A stretch of 62,960 nt of DNA, filler included, from Octopus bimaculoides (GCF_001194135.2; 4 parts of 4 records of this genome joined end to end with filler, not necessarily neighbours in it), one strand, 5' to 3'. Positions 24,800-38,670 are shown, counted from the first letter of the whole stretch. Program-made: numbers and translations. The notes: generated from the sequence alone by a model not told the origin.

Positions 24800-25689
24800 N
24801 NNNNNNNNNNNNNNNNNNNNNNNNNNNNNNNNNNNNNNNNNNNNNNNNNNNNNNNNNNNNNNNNNNNNNNNNNNNNNNNNNNNNNNNNNNNNNNNNNNNN
24901 NNNNNNNNNNNNNNNNNNNNNNNNNNNNNNNNNNNNNNNNNNNNNNNNNNNNNNNNNNNNNNNNNNNNNNNNNNNNNNNNNNNNNNNNNNNNNNNNNNNN
25001 NNNNNNNNNNNNNNNNNNNNNNNNNNNNNNNNNNNNNNNNNNNNNNNNNNNNNNNNNNNNNNNNNNNNNNNNNNNNNNNNNNNNNNNNNNNNNNNNNNNN
25101 NNNNNNNNNNNNNNNNNNNNNNNNNNNNNNNNNNNNNNNNNNNNNNNNNNNNNNNNNNNNNNNNNNNNNNNNNNNNNNNNNNNNNNNNNNNNNNNNNNNN
25201 NNNNNNNNNNNNNNNNNNNNNNNNNNNNNNNNNNNNNNNNNNNNNNNNNNNNNNNNNNNNNNNNNNNNNNNNNNNNNNNNNNNNNNNNNNNNNNNNNNNN
25301 NNNNNNNNNNNNNNNNNNNNNNNNNNNNNNNNNNNNNNNNNNNNNNNNNNNNNNNNNNNNNNNNNNNNNNNNNNNNNNNNNNNNNNNNNNNNNNNNNNNN
25401 NNNNNNNNNNNNNNNNNNNNNNNNNNNNNNNNNNNNNNNNNNNNNNNNNNNNNNNNNNNNNNNNNNNNNNNNNNNNNNNNNNNNNNNNNNNNNNNNNNNN
25501 NNNNNNNNNNNNNNNNNNNNNNNNNNNNNNNNNNNNNNNNNNNNNNNNNNNNNNNNNNNNNNNNNNNNNTTATTATTATGGCCGCCATACTTTAAAGTCA
25601 CTGAAATTTGGAGCTTCGTAAGTTGAAATAGTATCTGTAATCTTTTCGGCCAAAAAATTTTGGGCCTTGTGCCTAGAGTAGACAAGAAT

Positions 25690-25885
25690 CATTAGCAGCC
25701 AGGCGAAATAATTAGCGACATTTCGTCTGTGTTTATGTTCTGAGTTCAAATTCCGCCGAGGTCGATTTTGCCTTTCATCCTTTCGGGGTCGATAAATTAA
25801 GTACTAGTTGTGTACTGGAGTCGATCTAATCGACTGGCCCCTTCCCCCAAAATTTCGGGCTTCGAGCCTAGAATAGAAAACAAAT
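25690..25885 (+). mobile_element. SINE family 2
   Basis: TTCCGCCGAGGTCGA...CTTTCATCCTTTCGGGGTCGATAAATTAAGTAC, CpGs retained. Confidence 0.85.
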
Positions 25886-26264
25886 ATTATTTTGATAGTC
25901 GTTATTCTTGGTGTTATCATAATTGTCGTTACTGAAATACGAATACGTTATTTTTTAAGTTTGATTTTTTGCAGCTATTTTCTAATTTGGAGTTCATTTT
26001 ACTTTGGTCAGATTTTGTCATTTCTGTGGGTTTTTAAAATTTTTTTCGGTTTTGTTCTGTTGTTTTTTTGTCGTTTTCTTTGCTTCTGCTTATCAAAATT
26101 CAGAAGAGTGATGGGTGGGAATCGGTATGGTTTTTGTCATTTTTTTTTTCTGTTTTATATTTCATGATCATTATAATGAGAATGCGAAAGGAGAGGTGGA
26201 CAGAAAGGGGAAAGTAGGGGAAAATGAGAAATGCAGCAACATTCATGACAATGAAGTGCAACGT

Positions 26265-26321
<57 letters not shown>

Positions 26322-27013
26322 CGACGACGACAATGATGACGATGGTGACTATGATGATGAACAAGAGGATGATGGTAACGATAATAACGCTGATGGTAAT
26401 TGAGAGGGAATTACAAAAAAAATGTACACACGTTGGTTAATCTATTGTTGTTGCTGTTGTTAATGTCAAGCAGATCTTTAAGATTTGTTAGTTTATATTT
26501 TTTTTTCTCACAGTTTTGCAACTACTTCATTTTGTTATTTAATTCTTTGACACTATTTCTCACTCTCTCCCTAAATTATTCAATCTCTCTCTTATCATGT
26601 ATNNNNNNNNNNNNNNNNNNNNNNNNNNNNNNNNNNNNNNNNNNNNNNNNNNNNNNNNNNNNNNNNNNNNNNNNNNNNNNNNNNNNNNNNNNNNNNNNNN
26701 NNNNNNNNNNNNNNNNNNNNNNNNNNNNNNNNNNNNNNNNNNNNNNNNNNNNNNNNNNNNNNNNNNNNNNNNNNNNNNNNNNNNNNNNNNNNNNNNNNNN
26801 NNNNNNNNNNNNNNNNNTATATATATATATATATATGCATACAGACATGCATTCATGTATATACAATGTGAACATGTGTAATATATGTGTTTATATTATG
26901 TAAGGATTCTTTGCGTGTGCATATGTGTGTGAGTGTGTGTGTGTATAAATATGTATGTGTGCGTATATGCTTGTGTGTATACAGGTATGCATGTATGTAC
27001 ATACACACACACA

Positions 27014-27045
<32 letters not shown>

Positions 27046-27709
27046 CTGTAATCTATATACATTGCAGATATATATACACATGCATACATACATACATACA
27101 TACATACATACATACATACATACATACATACACCTTTATAAAAACATCCGTATAAGTTCTCAGTTTTTATAAATGTTTATCTACATTTTTTTCTTATTTA
27201 ATGGATGCTAACACCAATTACGTATATTTGACAGAATGAAAGGCATGAATCTGAATATCGAAACACACACATACAAACATACACACAAGCTCACACACTC
27301 ACACATACATATACACACAAATACACGCATGCACATGCATGCTCTCTTGCATACAAACACGAACATAAAATCCCTTTGTCTCTGCTTCACACACATTCGC
27401 ATGCCTATGTATGTGTATACATATGTCTATGAGTGCGTACATGTGTACGTTTTCATGTGTGTGCGTGTGTGTATATAAACATGCTATCTTTCCATTCTAG
27501 ATTATTCTCCGGCAATTTTGTAAAAAAAAATTTAATTATGAGATTTAGGTGTGTTGTAAAGATGGTTGTTTCGAATCCGCCTAATCTCTGGCTTGTTCTC
27601 AATAAATGAATTTTTGGTCAAATGTCTGTACCATTTCCTCAGTTCGATTACGTCTCTGAATGGAATTTCGCACACTTTATCTCTGCGTGACTGTATGGTA
27701 AAAAGGTGC

Positions 27710-27857
27710 AGGTGTGGCTGAGTGGTAAGTAGCTTGCTTACGAACCACATGGTTCCAATTTCAGTTCTACTGCGTGACACCTTGAGCATGTGTCTTCTAC
27801 TATAGCCTGGAGCCGACCAAAGCCTTGAGAGTGGATTTGGTGGACGGAAACTGAAAG

Positions 27858-27941
<84 letters not shown>

Positions 27942-28315
27942 ATGTACGCATGTATGTGTGTACTTATGTATATATGTATGTATGCATATATGCATGTGCG
28001 TGTGTCTGTGTCTATGTTTGTCCCCCACCACCACTTAACAACCGGTGTTGGTGTGTTTACGTCCGCATAACCTAGCGGTTCGGCAAAAGACCTATACAAG
28101 AAGTACCAGACTATAAAAGATATAAGTCCTGGGGTCCATTTGTTCCACTAAAACCCTTCAAAGTGGTGCCCCAGCAAAAGAGAGTGATAGAATAGGTACC
28201 AAACTATAAAGAAAAATAAATACTCAGGTTTCAGTCGCACTAATCGACTAAACCCGTTTCAGGTGATGCTCCTGCATGGCCGCAATCCAATGACTGCGAC
28301 AAATAAAAGATAAAC
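27710..28315 (+). mobile_element. SINE family 1 with expanded internal (TG)n
   Basis: tRNA-like head at 27710, central domain at 27815-27857, (TG)n 27858-27938, tail near 28260-28315. Confidence 0.8.
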
Positions 28316-28604
28316 AACAAAAGATGTCTAAATTTGTTTCATAGTATGTGGCATAATGTGTTGCAATTGCCCCTTCTTGTAAATGCAGAGTGAGGCTACT
28401 GGAAGATGTTGTACTTGTTTGGCCACGCCAATGTTTTCGCAGAGGCAGTTTCTGGAAATGTTGATAAAAATGAATTCGGAAAATTTATTGTCCCAAAGGA
28501 AGTATACGTTTCTAACACGTACAAACGAGAACAAAATTTTTTTAAGGATTAACTTACAGCATAGTCGTGTTTTCAGTATAGCATCTAAAAGAAAGGCCGT
28601 TTTA

Positions 28605-29850
28605 TCAGGTTGAGTAAAAAGTAAGCAACGTTTTGAACCATAAAGAATTTTTACCGGATTTTTGCAGAGTTTTGATAAGCACTTTTTTTTTGCAGTTGTC
28701 TGACAATACAGACATAGACTTGCCCAAATGCATCAATAAATTAACATTGATATTTTTTCACCGTTGTTACATTAATATGAAACGGAACTGTCAAAGTGCG
28801 ATATTCGAGCAATTTTGCAATTCAACTTCAAAAATGGAAGGAAAGCAACTGAAACTGCTCGCGATATCAACAAAACGTTTCATGTGGAAACGGCCAGTGA
28901 CTGGTTAGTTCGAAAATGGTTTAAACGATTTCACAGTGGAATCCTGAGCCTTAAAAATCGTGAGCGTAGTGGACGCCCATCTATCATCGATGACGGTCAA
29001 TTAAAGACCGTTATTGAGAAAGTTCCACATAAAACTACTCGCAAATTGGCCAAAGAGCTTCAAGTTAGCCAGAAAACTGCCTGCAACCATTTGCATGCGA
29101 TCGGAAAATCAAAATAGCTCGACAAATGCGTACCACACAATTTCAATGAAAATCAGAAAATGTGCAGATATGAAATTTACTCATCGCTTCTTCTCCGTAA
29201 CCAGACCGATCCATTTCTCGACCATATTGCAACTTGTGATGAAAAGTGGATTCTGTACAATAATAAAAAACGTTCTTCGTAGTAGTTGGACCGAAATGAA
29301 GCATCGAAAACCTTCCATAAACCCGAGCTCTTCGAAAAGGTTATAGTGACTGTTTGGTGGTGTACTGCTAGGCTCATCCACTATAACTTCTTAAAATCCA
29401 GAAAAACCATTACTGCAGAAACATATTGCCATGAAATTACCAAAATGAACGAAGAACTGCTACTCCTCCATCCCAGACTGGTCAACAGAACAGGGTAAAT
29501 CATTCTTCATAACAATGCTCGACCACACGTTTCACTAATGATGCTCCAGAAGTTGAGGGTTATTTCCCAGACTTTTCTCCTACCGACTACCACTTTCTCA
29601 AGCACCTTGATGGTTTTCTACGTGAGTAGGAGTTAAAAAGACAAACCTATACTGAAAGTCGTTCAAAGAGTTCAGCAGCTCCAGAACTCCAGGTTTTTAT
29701 GTTACCGAAAAAAAAAAAACGTTTAACTCGTTGGCAAAAATGTGTTGATTCTAATGGTACTTACTTTGATGAACAAAATTTCCACATTGTTGAAATATAT
29801 TGTGATGAATCTCATGTTTCAAAACGTTGTTTACTTTTTACTCAGCCTGG
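28605..29850 (+). mobile_element. Full-length mariner (DD34D-type) with TIRs and TA target duplication; transposase pseudogenised
   Basis: TA|TCAGGTTGAGTAAAAAGTAAGCAACGTTTTGAA ... TTCAAAACGTTGTTTACTTTTTACTCAGCCTGG|TA. ATG 28777; motifs RSGRP, (W)VPH, TCDEKW, HNNARPH, FSPTDYHF, with stops and frameshifts. Confidence 0.9.
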
Positions 29851-29875
29851 TATATATATATATATATATATATAT

Positions 29876-29975
29876 NNNNNNNNNNNNNNNNNNNNNNNNN
29901 NNNNNNNNNNNNNNNNNNNTTAATTAATTAANNNNNNNNNNNNNNNNNNNNNNNNNNNNNNNNNNNNNNNNNNNN
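29876..29975. other. Artificial scaffold-joining linker N44-TTAATTAATTAA-N44
   Basis: Identical structure to 13442-13541. Confidence 0.9.
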
Positions 29976-29976
29976 G

Positions 29977-30030
<54 letters not shown>

Positions 30031-30132
30031 TGTATATATGTTTGTAAATATATGTATATATATATATATATGTGTGTGTGTATGGTGTGTACAAGTATAT
30101 GCATATATATATATGCATACATAAGTGTCTGC

Positions 30133-30190
<58 letters not shown>

Positions 30191-30603
30191 GTGTGTATGT
30201 ATTGTTTGTGGATATGTACTTATATGCATATATACATATACGAATGTATATATATCCTCAAATGTCTGTGTATATGTGTGCGTGTATGATTGTTTACGTG
30301 GTGGTGGGCGGCGCGGTTGGAGGTGTATGTCATTGACTGATTGTCTGATTGCCAAATTGCTACCGTTTATCGCCCCCCCCCGCTCCACACACAATTCCCC
30401 CTCACCGCTACCCACCACGTCATTCGAACACGATACCATCAGCTTTACCGTAATTTTTCCTACCAATTTGTCATATTCACTTGATAGTTGCTCCGACATC
30501 ACACACACACACACACACACAAATACACACGCACGCACGCACACACACACACGCACACACACACACATACATACACCCAGACACACCATGCAAACACTGC
30601 ATT

Positions 30604-30666
<63 letters not shown>

Positions 30667-30709
30667 ATATGTATATATATATGTATGTATATATCTATGT
30701 ATATATCTT

Positions 30710-30753
<44 letters not shown>

Positions 30754-31006
30754 TATATATATATATATACATTGATGTGTGTGTGAACATACATACATAT
30801 ATACACACATACATACATACATATGTGAGTGCATATATGTATGTATGCGTCTATATGCGTGGCACTGCGTATAGAAGTTTGTGTGTAAATATGTATGCGA
30901 ATATGTATACACACGCACGCAGACACACACACACATATATATATTTATATGCATATATATATGCATATTTATGCATATATATGTACATACATGCATACAT
31001 GCATAC

Positions 31007-31062
<56 letters not shown>

Positions 31063-31532
31063 NNNNNNNNNNNNNNNNNNNNNNNNNNNNNNNNNNNNNN
31101 NNNNNNNNNNNNNNNNNNNNNNNNNNNNNNNNNNNNNNNNNNNNNNNNNNNNNNNNNNNNNNNNNNNNNNNNNNNNNNNNNNNNNNNNNNNNNNNNNNNN
31201 NNNNNNNNNNNNNNNNNNNNNNNNNNNNNNNNNNNNNNNNNNNNNNNNNNNNNNNNNNNNNNNNNNNNNNNNNNNNNNNNNNNNNNNNNNNNNNNNNNNN
31301 NNNNNNNNNNNNNNNNNNNNNNNNNNNNNNNNNNNNNNNNNNNNNNNNNNNNNNNNNNNNNNNNNNNNNNNNNNNNNNNNNNNNNNNNNNNNNNNNNNNN
31401 NNNNNNNNNNNNNNNNNNNNNNNNNNNNNNNNNNNNNNNNNNNNNNNNNNNNNNNNNNATATATATATATATACTAACACACAAACACACTCACAAACAT
31501 GTACACGAAAACACACAAATACACAGACGCAA

Positions 31533-31577
<45 letters not shown>

Positions 31578-31679
31578 AGAAGAGAAACAGAGAGTGAAAG
31601 AGAGGAAGAGGGAGAGAGTAAAAGAGGGGATGAGTGAAGGAGAGAGAGAGCGCGAAAAAGAGAGAGAGGTAAGAAAGAG

Positions 31680-31712
<33 letters not shown>

Positions 31713-32316
31713 GAGTAGTAGTGAAAGGAGAAGTGATTAGAGAAGGTGAAGGAAGGAGTAGCGGAGGTAGTGGTGAGAGGAGTTGGAGTGAGAGGGGTAG
31801 GATGTGGGAGGGGAAGAGGATGGAGGAAGTAAAGAAGACATTTTCTAAGACAGAGATTAGGGTTCTGTGTTTACGTTATGTATGTATATGTATGTGTGTG
31901 TATTGTGTGTGTGCGCGTGTGTGTATTGTGTGCGTGTGTGTATTGTGTGTGTGTGTGTTCAAAAATTATATAGAAGTACAAACAAATAAACCAAACTGAA
32001 AATACACACATAGAGAGACGCTAAGCCCCTCATCATTTTTCGTGCAAAGATTCATCACAATTTCCCGCCTTTAACGATAATACGGATGCATATAATACTT
32101 TCAGTTGGAGAGCGTCAGTGATTTCGAAGTTTCGGCCTGTTGGCCTTCGTTGGACTGTGCAGGTCATAACTTCGAAGTCACTTTCGACATATTTAAAGTA
32201 AACATGTTGCAAGTGTACACATATGTTTTAACCATTTGCCCGTCCAAAGCATTTTCATAAGTTTTCGCGAAACGCCCGTCCTTGTTTCCAGATTTTTAGT
32301 TAGTCCTTATTTCATA

Positions 32317-32770
32317 AAAGTTAATCGCCACATCAAAGTGGCTGTTCCATGGTACTACCAGTTTAATCCCAGACACATCTTCCGCCAGTTGGTTATCGGT
32401 GCAGCACTGCACCCTGTACATATATATATGTTCTCTATATATATATGTTCTCTATGTGGCTCGTGTGTTCTCGTCTACGTTTGTTTGCAATGTCCTGTAC
32501 CCAGATATGCACCTATACATACAGGTGGATGTCGGTATGCACATACCTGTACGTATATATGCATATACTCATTTACTATTTGTTTATATATATATATATA
32601 TATATTGCTAGCGTGGGAGAGAACCCTTACCATCCTCTAGCAGACAACAGGATCGCAAGACTGATTCAGTTTCGAGCTGGTTGGCTCGTCTTCAGTCGTG
32701 AGCACCTGGTCGCCAGAGAGACAGCCAGAGTTCGCTCCAGCCAGTAATGTATTGTAAACAAAGCGACCAT
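32317..32770 (-). mobile_element. PLE pseudo-LTR (family B) with internal (TA)-rich expansion
   Basis: Homologous to both arms at 16250-16868; contiguous with the PLE ORF at 32750-33640. Confidence 0.75.
32653..32701 (-). ncRNA. Minimal type-I hammerhead ribozyme, family B, catalytic core intact
   Basis: Minus strand: TCACGA CTGAAGA C GAGC CAACCA GCTC GAAAC TGAATCA GTC^TTGCGA; predicted cut between 32659 and 32658. Confidence 0.8.
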
Positions 32771-33640
32771 ACGTTCTCAGTAATATAAAGCTTTCCTTTT
32801 TCATAAGTCCCAAGCTGTTCTGGTGTTTGAAAAAAATTAGGGAAGTGTATGACATACGATGCATGAACGCCAGGCAACAGGTTAACGAGCAAATACATTT
32901 TGATGTGAACGTGGCAGTTGCTCTTGTTACTAAATCTAAACGTATGGGTGCGCAGGGTGTATCTAGTTTTTTAAGTTCCCTCGGTTAGCCCGATGTACGT
33001 CTTTACCGTACATTTTAATCACTCAAAGTCTACTCTGCATACTTTTTCTTTTTCCTTTCTTCCTTTTTCTTTCATTAGTCTTCTATTATTTATTTATTTA
33101 TTTATTTATATTTGCAGATATTTTCTATCGAGCGGATAACCCAACCGCTTCTATCTCTGCAACTTCATTCAATTGGGTTGTTTTCTATGGTGATTTTTTT
33201 TTTTTTTATAGATTTTTCTTATGGTTAGAGATTTGCAAGCTTCTGTTTCCTATACAAAATGCAGCTGTTCTTTTGTGAGTTTCTGCTGGAAATTTTCTGT
33301 TATCTTTGTGCAGTGGAGAAGTGAATAATAACCAGTGTTAAAAACGTCCTACCAACATTTGCTGATACATTTAAAATAGGATTAGGATTATACCAGATTA
33401 AGTTTCTATTTCTACGCTTGGTATTATTGTTTGATGTGGATTGGTCTATGATTTTCAGCTTGTCGCTAAAACCATTTAAGGCTAGCGCTCTATTGTAGCG
33501 TGGGACGGCTTTGTTAAATATTTCTCTGTACGTCTGCTAATGCTTTCTATAATATATTGCAAGATTGTGGGTGGGTGGTTAGATCGATCATTTTTCTATA
33601 TTGTCTCTTCGTTGCGTTTGCGGTGGGGCAGTAAATTATA
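32750..33640 (-). mobile_element. Penelope-like element ORF remnant (RT thumb/linker + GIY-YIG)
   Basis: SNHPPTILQYII...EIFNKAVPRYNRALALNGF...KRRNRNLIWYNP...NVSANVGRTFL; downstream KTYIGLTEGT*KTRY. Confidence 0.8.
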
Positions 33641-34165
33641 CGTGGATTACCGCCTATTGCGTGGGACTCACGTGACCTACGTTGACCAATGAAACAGTAG
33701 GGTCACGGCAATAACTTCCATCAGAAAATCGCTTTCGTTACAAATCAACAATGTCCATTTCATAAACGAAGCATATGACTCTACGTGAAACTGATAGTAG
33801 TGGCATAAGGTGTCAGCCGAATGAAGAGAATTATACTCTACACCCCGTATTGAGTACTTTTATTCTGATCCTTACAAACAATGTATATTATGTATATGCG
33901 TGAACCCGAAACAAGTGGTTGGGAAGAAAAACTTCTTAACCACACAGCCACGCCATTATTCCGATATATATATATATATATAGTCTATAATTTTATTGTA
34001 TATATTATGAAATATGCGTGTGCCCATAAACACAGATATATACAATTAGACATAAAATATATCGATCGTTAAATGCTCTTTGTCTTTATGAAAAGATCTC
34101 AGTGATTGCGTCAGTATATATATATACGTCCGTACATACATACATACATACATACATACGTATAC

Positions 34166-34229
<64 letters not shown>

Positions 34230-34688
34230 GCATGCGTGTGTATAATCACATTTTTTGCAAATATCCATGCGTGTGTATAATACAATTTTTCTTTTGTGTT
34301 TTGTTTTAATTTTACGTTTTAATATATATACATATGTATATATATATACACACACATACATATATGTATGTATGTATGTATGTATGTGTAGATTAGACGG
34401 ACACAATGTGGTAAGGAAGCAGAAATAATCAGCGTGTATCATAAATCAATGAGATGAATAGATTTAATTTGGCTAATGGAGCTGTTTTATATATGTATAT
34501 ATATATATACATATATACACTGGTGTATATATATATCAGGGTATAGATGGTGTAGGGTGGGGGGCTAAGTGTAGTGGGGGAGAGGTTGTAGGTGGTGGAA
34601 GTAGGTGGAAGCGATGACGGTGTGCGCGCGGTGGTTAATGGTGGTGGTTGTGGTGGTGGTAGACGATGTCGTCGTCGTCGTCGTCGTC

Positions 34689-34746
<58 letters not shown>

Positions 34747-35279
34747 NNNNNNNNNNNNNNNNNNNNNNNNNNNNNNNNNNNNNNNNNNNNNNNNNNNNNN
34801 NNNNNNNNNNNNNNNNNNNNNNNNNNNNNNNNNNNNNNNNNNNNNNNNNNNNNNNNNNNNNNNNNNNNNNNNNNNNNNNNNNNNNNNNNNNNNNNNNNNN
34901 NNNNNNNNNNNNNNNNNNNNNNNNNNNNNNNNNNNNNNNNNNNNNNNNNNNNNNNNNNNNNNNNNNNNNNNNNNNNNNNNNNNNNNNNNNNNNNNNNNNN
35001 NNNNNNNNNNNNNNNNNNNNNNNNNNNNNNNNNNNNNNNNNNNNNNNNNNNNNNNNNNNNNNNNNNNNNNNNNNNNNNNNNNNNNNNNNNNNNNNNNNNN
35101 NNNNNNNNNNNNNNNNNNNNNNNNNNNNNNNNNNNNNNNNNNNNNNNNNNNNNNNNNNNNNNNNNNNNNNNNNNNNNNNNNNNNNNNNNNNNNNNNNNNN
35201 NNNNNNNNNNNNNNNNNNNNNNNNNNNNNNNNNNNNNNNNNNNNNNNNNNNNNNNNNNNNNNNNNNNNNNNNNNNNNNN

Positions 35280-36470
35280 GGTGGCGGCAAGGATGCGTAC
35301 TTGCCCCGGTCATCTTCAACTTCTACCTGGCAGCCGTAGCCCTCCACGCCAGGCATTCGTTCAAACTGAAAGATGCAATAACCACCAGGTACCACACAGA
35401 TGGCAGTATTTCCAATCTGAGGTGCCTGAAATCTGTAACAAAGACGTCATCTCAAAACATCTTCGAGTTGCGAGATGCAGATGATACGGCATTCGTCAGC
35501 CATAGCTCTGCTGGCCTTCAAAGGATCTTGGACCATGTATCAGATGCATACAGCAGCAAGACAGAAATCCTCCTACAGCCTTCTGCCCCCGACACCAACC
35601 CATGTTCCTTCCATGTTGAAGATGTGACAATTGCTAATGTTAACCAATTCACGTACCTTGGCTCAGTCCTCAATAACACCCTCAGTCTGACAGACGACAT
35701 TCAGCACCGGACTCGTCTTACCTCTTGCTGCGTTGGATCGGCTAAGTACTCGCGTCCTTCTCAACAAAAAAACATCAACATTAGAACAAAGGTGGCTGTC
35801 TACAATGCTGTTTGTGTTTCAAACCTGCTATGTGGCTGCGAGTCTTGGGTTCCCTACCGGCGTCATATGAAGATGCTCGAACGGTTTCATATCTCTCGTC
35901 TTCAACAACTCCTTGGCTTACACTGGTGGAACAGGAATCCCCCATGTTGAGATACGTGGTCGAACAAAAAGCCAGCCATTGGAGGTAACAATCGCTCACC
36001 GCCAACTCAGATGGACAGGGCATATCATTCGAATGTCTTCAAATCGATTGCTCCCCGCCTTGTTATGTACGACGAACTTGAAGATGGACAACGTTCTGTC
36101 GGTGACCAGCACAAGCGCTTTAAAGATCACCCGAAGGCAACGCTGAAAAAGTGTCACATGTCCATCCCGGCAATCTCGAATCAATGGCTACAGATCGCGG
36201 CGCGACGCATACAAGACTGGCACCACCGAACTCCAAGAAGATCTACTGCGGCGTAAAGTGGCACGCAGCGCCCGGCGGCACGTGCAGAACCCTGGATGTC
36301 AACAGCAGCAAGGCTGTTGACATGCCCCACCTGCGGACATGCCCCACCTGCGGACGTATCTGTCTCTCCAGATTTGGACTTCATACTTATCAGAGGTCAC
36401 ATGACTACAAATGGCGTTTGGGAAAAGCACTCATCTCTCCGCCATGTTCACGGAACGATGATGATGATGA
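35280..36470 (+). mobile_element. RTE-clade LINE, 3' about 1.2 kb, degenerate, (GAT)n tail
   Basis: RQGCVLAPVIFN, (Y)ADDTAFV, FTYLGS, TKVAVYNAVCVSNLLCGCESW, QLRWTGHIIRM, TCPTCGRICLSRFGL. Confidence 0.9.
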
Positions 36471-38239
36471 CTAACCTTCTTCAATCCACAAGAAGCTAGC
36501 ATTCGACTGAATNNNNNNNNNNNNNNNNNNNNNNNNNNNNNNNNNNNNNNNNNNNNNNNNNNNNNNNNNNNNNNNNNNNNNNNNNNNNNNNNNNNNNNNN
36601 NNNNNNNNNNNNNNNNNNNNNNNNNNNNNNNNNNNNNNNNNNNNNNNNNNNNNNNNNNNGGTGGTGGTGGTGGTGGTTGTGTAACAATAAATAAATTTGG
36701 TTTAAATTAATGACTAAATATCTCCATAAATAATTACACAACAGATGATTGATGATGGCGACAGCATTGCTTCTTTTTCTCCTTCTTTTTCTTCTTCTTC
36801 TTCACATTCGACTGCTTATTCTTCATCATTTCCATCACGATCACCACCATCGTCAGCATCATCATCATCATATTCTCCCTCTTTTTCCTTCTTCCTATTG
36901 TTCTCTTTCTCTCTATTGTCTTAATCCGTCTCCGAATCTGATTGATTATTGGAAAAGCGATTTGCAATCATTGAACACCACACCGAAACAAAAAAAACAC
37001 ATGCATACACACTTTCTCTCTCCATCTCCCCCTCTCTCGCCCTCTCCGTCTCTCTATCTCTTTCTCTCTCTTTTTTGTGTGTGTGTTTGTTGAAAATAAT
37101 TGTTTACACAAGGAATATTTTCTTTTATGTCTACAAGATTTAATTCCCATTATTCATAATATATGGATAGGTATATAGATGGATATAGATATGTATGTAT
37201 ACACGTTATATAATAACATACATATATGTAACATATAACACACACACATACACACACTCACATATATATATATACATACTGCATGCATATACATTTGCAT
37301 ATACATACAATATGTATAATGTGTGTATTTATGTATGTATATATTTGTGTATGTATATATATATATCTGTGTGTGTGTCGATGTATATGCATACACGCAC
37401 ACACATTACACAACTGGTTTAACCAGAGTCACAATGGCTTACTCCATCTACCTATATGTACCCGGGTACAGAAATAAACCCCCCACACACACACACACAC
37501 ACACACTTACGTACCTACTCTTCCCCAANNNNNNNNNNNNNNNNNNNNNNNNNNNNNNNNNNNNNNNNNNNNNNNNNNNNNNNNNNNNNNNNNNNNNNNN
37601 NNNNNNNNNNNNNNNNNNNNNNNNNNNNNNNNNNNNNNNNNNNNNNNNNNNNNNNNNNNNNNNNNNNNNNNNNNNNNNNNNNNNNNNNNNNNNNNNNNNN
37701 NNNNNNNNNNNNNNNNNNNNNNNNNNNNNNNNNNNNNNNNNNNNNNNNNNNNNNNNNNNNNNNNNNNNNNNNNNNNNNNNNNNNNNNNNNNNNNNNNNNN
37801 NNNNNNNNNNNNNNNNNNNNNNNNNNNNNNNNNNNNNNNNNNNNNNNNNNNNNNNNNNNNNNNNNNNNNNNNNNNNNNNNNNNNNNNNNNNNNNNNNNNN
37901 NNNNNNNNNNNNNNNNNNNNNNNNNNNNNNTATATACATACATACATACATACATACAGATATTTCTTTGCTTTTAACCCTAAAGGTCTATACGAGATGC
38001 TTTCTCGAGAAGAATATCGCAGTATCATGGCTTTCTTACCGTATATCCACGTTAAGTAAGATGTGTAGATTACTATTTTTTTCACTTGTTTAAGAATGCC
38101 AGGAAGCCCAGAATTTTTTGTAGAAGCCATGAAATAGAGGACCAATCAATTCCTGGAGAAATGGGTCTAATTCGCTGTTTCCTTCCTCCAAAATGTTTGG
38201 TCTTTTACGGTCAGACAGACGTCATTATTTCTATACATC

Positions 38240-38670
38240 TTTTTTTCTTTCTCTTCACCTTCTTCAATATTGCTCTTTCTCTCTCTCCCCCACTTTCTCT
38301 CTCCTCCACGCTCTCTCTTTCTCTTTCTCTCTCTCCTCTCTAACTTTCTCTCTCTCTCATATATCCCTTTCTCACTCTATATCTCTCTCTGTCTCTTTCT
38401 ACCCTCTCTCTCTCTCTCTCTTTCTCTTTCATATATTCCTTTCTCACTCTATATCTCTCTCTGTCTCTTTCTACCCCCTCTCTCTCTCTCTCTCATATAT
38501 CCCTTTCTCACTCTATTTCTCTCTCTGTCTCTTTCTACCCTCTCTCTCTCTATCATTTATCGGTCTCTCACACTCACTCTCTGTCTCTTTCTCTCAACCT
38601 CTCTCTCCCTCTCTCATCCTCTCCCCTCTCCCTCCCTCATCTCTTCCACTCCCCCCTCACTTTTCTCCGC
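38240..38670 (+). repeat. CT-rich tract containing three about 65-70 bp tandem units (CTCATATATCCCTTTCTCACTCTATATCTCTCTCTGTCTCTTTCTACCC)
   Basis: Units start near 38355, 38427, 38492. Confidence 0.8.

Noticed and set aside
36400-36470. RTE LINE tail as partner of SINE family 3
   Set aside because: Both end in (GAT)n but the preceding sequence does not align convincingly.
37986-38055. Possible orphan exon (G)LYEMLSREEYRSIMAFLPYIHVK between aag and gtaaga
   Set aside because: Only 70 nt, no recognisable partner exons or confident family match; cannot be supported without a search.
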